Part shown: positions 59,725 to 64,000 of the stretch, piece after piece
How the letters are laid out: each line of letters begins with the position of its first letter
Numbering within the stretch: position 1 is the first letter of the stretch
NCBI GenBank assembly: GCA_965203325.1
Contig: OZ241875.1
Location: 672,001 to 736,000, forward strand
From: a bacterium
Lineage (GTDB): Bacteria; UBA8248
Length of the DNA stretch: 64,000 nt
Direction: 5' to 3'
Made by a program: the position numbers and the translations under genes
Notes under the pieces: generated by a model
What the model saw: the letters and a program-made list of their open reading frames with translations, nothing else
Database searches by the model: none
What the model was told of the DNA's origin: nothing

Positions 59725-60066
59725 CTACGGGAAGGGGATGTCCGGGTCCTGGCCGAACAGCTCCTGCTCCTCCAGCTCGCGGCGCCAGGCGTAGCGTCCC
59801 GTCCGGGCGGACCACTCGAAGTCCTCTTCCTTCCCGTCGGGCAGTTCGTAGCGATGGAAGGCGGACCAGTCCCCGTGGCGGAACCCCCGCCACAGGACGC
59901 AGGAGAGAGCCGTGAGGAGGCACCAGAGAGCCGCACAGGCCCAGACGGCCCACAGGGGGCGGAGGCCGATACCTGCCGCGAGAGACAGGATTGTGGCGAG
60001 GAGTGCCAGAGCGGGTCCCGCGAAGACGAGGGCACGGGTGTATCGGGATGGTTTTCGGTTACTCAT
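59725..60066 (-). CDS. Hypothetical membrane protein
   Basis: GGAGG RBS; two hydrophobic helices and an acidic tail. Confidence 0.55.
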   Translation of the reverse strand: MSNRKPSRYTRALVFAGPALALLATILSLAAGIGLRPLWAVWACAALWCLLTALSCVLWRGFRHGDWSAFHRYELPDGKEEDFEWSARTGRYAWRRELEEQELFGQDPDIPFP

Positions 60067-60538
60067 GAGTCGCGCCTCCGGGATTGTGAGAAAGGGGATC
60101 GCGGGCGCCGCCCGGCCTCTCCGGCCCCGGCTCCCGCGCCCCCTGACGGCCCGGCTCGGCCTCTTCGAGGCGCGGGGCCTGGGTGAGGCGCGCCGCGGAA
60201 AATTTTTTTGTCATATCCCTGCGCAGCCGGTCGCATGCGTGACCGCGCATGGCGCGCAGGCGTTGGCAATACGCTATCGAAAACTCTTGCAGACGAGTTG
60301 TTTTTGCTTTATTTACGCTCTGCATGCGGGCGATGGACGCCCCCGCCCGCATGACGCCGGAGGATCGATCAGGGCGAAAGGTTCGAACGCGAAGGAGAGA
60401 CGCATATGAACGGGAACGGCGGGAACGATCAGGACGCACGGGAGCGCCGCCGCGTGAGCGGCGAGGCGGGAGAAGGCGTGGAAACAGAAGCGCCCGGACA
60501 CGCGGGTCCGCAAGTCTACCACCTGAGGAGCTGTTGAT

Positions 60539-63376
60539 ATGGTCGCGTCGATCGGAGCCGTAGTCTCCCCCGCGCAGTGCGCGTCCTACTTCGAGCGCGA
60601 CGATTACTACGCGAAGGACGACCCGAACCACCGGTCGGCGAGCGCCTGGCGCGGCAGGGGCGCCGAGGACCTGGGATTATCGGGTCCGGTCGACCCCGAT
60701 ACCCTCCGCGCGGTGCTCGAAGGCCATGTGCCGGACGGTTCGGGTCGCAGGCTCGGGCGCCCGGGCAAGGACGGGTCGTTCCATCACCGCCCGGGACGCG
60801 ACCTCACCCTCTCGGCGCCCAAGTCCGTCTCCCTGCTCGCCTACGTCGGCGGCGATGCGCGCGCGATCTGGGCCCACGAGGTGGCCGTGGCGCGCACCCT
60901 GGCCTGGGTCGAGCGAAACGTCGCCGAGACCAGGATGAGCGACCCTGCGACCGGACAGATAGTCCGTGCGGGGGACCAGAAGAGCGTGGTCGCGACCTTC
61001 CGGCACGACACCTCGCGCAACCTCGACCCCCTGCTCCACACGCACGCCGTGATCGCCAACATGGTGCGTGGCGCGGACAGCAAGTGGCGCACGATGTCCA
61101 ACGAGAAGCTCTATGCGAACAAGATGCTGATCGGCGCCATGTACCGGACCGAACTCGCCCGTGGCCTCGAAGGGTTCGGCTACCGGGTCGAGAAGACCCA
61201 CGCCGACGGGCGCTTCGAGATCGCGGGCGTGCCCAGGGAGGTGATCGAGGCGTTCTCGAGCAGGCGCGCCGAGATCGAGAAGGCGATGGAAGAGCGGGGC
61301 CTTGGCACGACGGCTGAGAACCAGCGCGCGGCCCAGCGGGTCACGCTCATGACGCGGGACCCCAAGCGGGAGGCCGACAAGGGGACCCTCATGGCCGTAT
61401 GGGAGAAGCAGGCCGCTGATCTCGGCTTCGACGCCGCCGGCCTCAAGGACCGGGCGAAGGCGAGGAGCGCCGTATCCCGCGACGCCGGCCGAAGTGCTGC
61501 TGTCGTCGAACCCGCCCCCGAGGCCGTGGAATGGGCCGTGGCGCACCTCGCGGAGCGAGAGGCCGTCTTCGACCGCTCCGCCCTGCTCGCGGGCGCGCTC
61601 GCCTGGCGGCCTGGCGCGGTGTCGATGGCGGGTGCGGAGCGCGAGGTGGCGAGACTCGAAAAAACCGGCGTCCTGCACGCGGCGGATTTGCCGGGAAACA
61701 GGGACATGCTCACGACGGAGAAGGCCGCGGCGGCGGAGCGCGAGACCATCGCCCTGGTGGAGGCAGGACGCGGGCGGGGCGCGCCCGCCATGCGGGGCTG
61801 GATGGTGAGCGCGCACCTGCGCAAGGGACCGCTGACGCATGGCCAAAGGGAGGCGGTCAAGCTGATCCTCTCGGAAAAGGACCGCGTGGTGGGGGTGCAG
61901 GGCTACGCCGGCACCGGCAAGACGAAGATGTTGAAGCGCGCCCGCGCGCTTTTTGAAAAACGCGGCTACGAGGTCCGGGGCCTGGCGCCCTCGGCCTCGG
62001 CCGCGCGGACCCTGGAAGCGGAGGCCGGGATCGAGAGCGAGACGCTCCAGCGCTTCCTCACGCGATACGCGGACGTCGCACAGGGCCGCCTCAAGAGAAG
62101 CGCCCAAAAACACTTGCGCGCGGGCTACGCGAAGACCGCCCTCGTCGTGGACGAGGGTTCCCTGGCTTCCACGCGCGAGATGCGCGAACTGCTCCGCATC
62201 TCGGAGGTCCTGCGCCTGCCGCGGGTCGTTCTCGTGGGCGACGCGAAACAGCTGGACGCCGTCGACGCCGGGAAACCCTTCGCGCAGTTGCAGGCCGCGG
62301 GCATGAAGACGGCCGTGATGGAAGAGATCATGCGCCAGCGCGACCAGGACCTGAAGGCCGCCGTCGAGTCCACGCTCGCGGGCGACGTGAAAAGCGCCTT
62401 CGAGAAGCTGGGCTCGAACGTGGCCGAGGTCAAGCCCGACAACCTCGCGGGCGCCGCCGCCGCGCGCTGGCTGGCGTTATCGCCCGAGGCGCGCGCAAAC
62501 GCCGGGCTCATGGCGCCGAGCCACGCGCTCCGCGAGAAGATCAACGCCATCGTCAGAGAGCGCCTGGTCCGGGAGGGCGTCGTCTGCGGCCCGGCCTTCC
62601 TCACGAATCGCCTCGTCTCGCGCGGCTACACGAACCCCGAGAAATCGCTCGCCGCGAACTATTCACCCGGCGACGTCGTCGCCTTCCACCGCCCCTACAA
62701 GCGCCTCGGCGTCGAGAAGGGGGACGAGCTTCGCGTGACGGGCGTCGACCATGAAGGCCGCGCGGTCATCCTGCAAGGGAAGGACGGAGGGCAAGTCCGC
62801 TGGGAGCCCCGCCGCATCGCGGCGCGAAGCGGCGGCGTCGAGGTCTACAAGGTCGAGCGGATGGAGTTGCGCATCGGCGACAAGGTCCGCTGGACCCGGA
62901 ACGACAAGGACCTCGGTCTCATGAACAGCCAGGCCGCCGAGGTGACGGACGTCAGGGGCGGGCGCGTCACCTTCCGCATCGAGGACGGGCGCGTCCTCGA
63001 CATGACGAGCGCCGATTCCCAGCTTCGCCACGTGGACCGCGCCTGGGCCTCGACCGTCCACGCCTTCCAGGGCCGGACGGTCGACACCGTCATCGCCGCC
63101 ATGGAGGCCAACCACCCCGAGCTCACCAACCAGAAGACACTCTACGTCGAGATCAGCCGCGCCCGGGACCGGGCGGAACTCGTGACCGACGACGCAAGAG
63201 CGCTGCGCGAGCGGCTCGAAGCCGCGACGGGGGAGCGCATCGCGGCGCTCGAGGCGATAGGAGCGGGCAAGGCGGAGAGCATCGGGGCGGAGAGGTCGAA
63301 CGAGGCGACCCAGGCAATGGAGAGGCAGACGCCGGCGATGGAGAAGACACGCTCGGATCGGGGGTTGGAGCTATAG
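60539..63376 (+). CDS. trwC: MOBF conjugative relaxase-helicase (TrwC/TraI family)
   Basis: YFERDDYY, DLTLSAPKSVS, HDTSRNLDPLLHTH (HUH), FSSRR; helicase QGYAGTGKT, VDEGS, TVHAFQG, YVEISRAR. Confidence 0.95.
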   Translation: MVASIGAVVSPAQCASYFERDDYYAKDDPNHRSASAWRGRGAEDLGLSGPVDPDTLRAVLEGHVPDGSGRRLGRPGKDGSFHHRPGRDLTLSAPKSVSLLAYVGGDARAIWAHEVAVARTLAWVERNVAETRMSDPATGQIVRAGDQKSVVATFRHDTSRNLDPLLHTHAVIANMVRGADSKWRTMSNEKLYANKMLIGAMYRTELARGLEGFGYRVEKTHADGRFEIAGVPREVIEAFSSRRAEIEKAMEERGLGTTAENQRAAQRVTLMTRDPKREADKGTLMAVWEKQAADLGFDAAGLKDRAKARSAVSRDAGRSAAVVEPAPEAVEWAVAHLAEREAVFDRSALLAGALAWRPGAVSMAGAEREVARLEKTGVLHAADLPGNRDMLTTEKAAAAERETIALVEAGRGRGAPAMRGWMVSAHLRKGPLTHGQREAVKLILSEKDRVVGVQGYAGTGKTKMLKRARALFEKRGYEVRGLAPSASAARTLEAEAGIESETLQRFLTRYADVAQGRLKRSAQKHLRAGYAKTALVVDEGSLASTREMRELLRISEVLRLPRVVLVGDAKQLDAVDAGKPFAQLQAAGMKTAVMEEIMRQRDQDLKAAVESTLAGDVKSAFEKLGSNVAEVKPDNLAGAAAARWLALSPEARANAGLMAPSHALREKINAIVRERLVREGVVCGPAFLTNRLVSRGYTNPEKSLAANYSPGDVVAFHRPYKRLGVEKGDELRVTGVDHEGRAVILQGKDGGQVRWEPRRIAARSGGVEVYKVERMELRIGDKVRWTRNDKDLGLMNSQAAEVTDVRGGRVTFRIEDGRVLDMTSADSQLRHVDRAWASTVHAFQGRTVDTVIAAMEANHPELTNQKTLYVEISRARDRAELVTDDARALRERLEAATGERIAALEAIGAGKAESIGAERSNEATQAMERQTPAMEKTRSDRGLEL

Positions 63377-63591
63377 GCCGATTCCCCGGGAGTGGCGCCC
63401 GGCGCCCTTCCCGACTGGAAAAGCACCCCCCCCTGAAAACGGGGCCCAAGGGGGGCAACAGCGCCGATGGGGTGCAATTCTTCGTGAAAGCGGAATTTCC
63501 GTGTGATAAGTTTCGACTCGTGGTGATGGTTGGAACCGCCTGACCGCCATGATGAATCCCATGCTTCACCGGGCGGACGAGGAGAGGACCC

Positions 63592-64000
63592 GTGGGGAAA
63601 ATGCCGAAGTACGAGATGGACGAGGTTCTGACGAAAATCATGAGCCAGTTCCGGCGTCACGGCTATTCGGCGACGACGATTCGGGATCTCGAGGAGGCGA
63701 CGGGTCTCTTTCGAGGCAGTTTGTATCACGCGTTCGGCGACAAGCGTGAGATGTTCTTCCGGGCGCTCCGCCATTATGGCCGCATTCATCGCGCGGAGCC
63801 GATCGCGGAACTCGAAAAGGGCGACTCGCCGCGCGGAGCGGTGCTGGCCGTTTTCGGCGCTGCCGCCTCCGCCGCGCCGGGAGGTGGTTCGCGAGAGGGC
63901 TGTCTCGAAGTCAACGCCGCCCTGGAGCTCGGGGCGCACGATGAGGAGGTGGCTTCCCTGGTTGCCGACGCCTTCGCCGGCATGGCGGAGTTCTTTTGCG
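63592..64000 (+). CDS. TetR-family regulator (partial at window edge)
   Basis: F..HGYSATTIRDLEEATGLFRGSLYHAFGDKREMF...REGCLEVNAALEL; AGGAGAGG RBS. Confidence 0.85.
   Translation, partial: MGKMPKYEMDEVLTKIMSQFRRHGYSATTIRDLEEATGLFRGSLYHAFGDKREMFFRALRHYGRIHRAEPIAELEKGDSPRGAVLAVFGAAASAAPGGGSREGCLEVNAALELGAHDEEVASLVADAFAGMAEFFC

Larger units (their letters stand above)
30850..64000. mobile_element. Mosaic genomic island / integrative mobilisable element (left boundary approximate, right end beyond window)
   Basis: Tyrosine recombinase, excisionase-like HTH, MOBF relaxase, oriT-like site, ssb, defence genes. By eye, GC is very high at 31.9-39.6 and 54.9-64 kb and markedly lower at 39.6-54.4 kb. 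No att/tRNA site identified. Confidence 0.7.

Noticed and set aside
60677..62113. 478-aa minus-strand ORF
   Set aside because: Antisense shadow of the relaxase.

Overview
Bacterial window in two parts. About 1-30.8 kb is chromosomal metabolism: cobA-sulfite/nitrite reductase-chelatase, three tandem acetamidase/formamidase paralogues, a sirtuin, ilvD, a TPP enzyme, a cold-shock protein, hpnE with a NUDIX-HpnC-HpnD triple fusion, and a MetX-NIL fusion. It also holds three genes the ORF track breaks at an in-frame TGA (two DsbA/FrnE-like, one DUF442/Blh-like). In each, the TGA sits at the catalytic-Cys position and is followed by a SECIS-like hairpin, so they are probable selenoproteins. From about 30.9 kb to the end is a mosaic mobile island. 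It carries a Cre-like tyrosine recombinase with two inverted lox-like sites enclosing a sigma70 promoter in front of a 1822-aa surface protein (candidate invertible switch). It also has a lower-GC defence block (membrane protein + secreted nuclease, ABC-3C/Lamassu-like triad, m4C R-M pair, PIN protein). A GC-rich conjugative module follows: RHH gene, F-like oriT, leading-region genes with an Frpo-like ssDNA promoter, ssb, a Zn-finger array protein and a MOBF relaxase. No rRNA, tRNA or CRISPR array was recognised. All family calls come from motif recognition by eye; no database searches were run.
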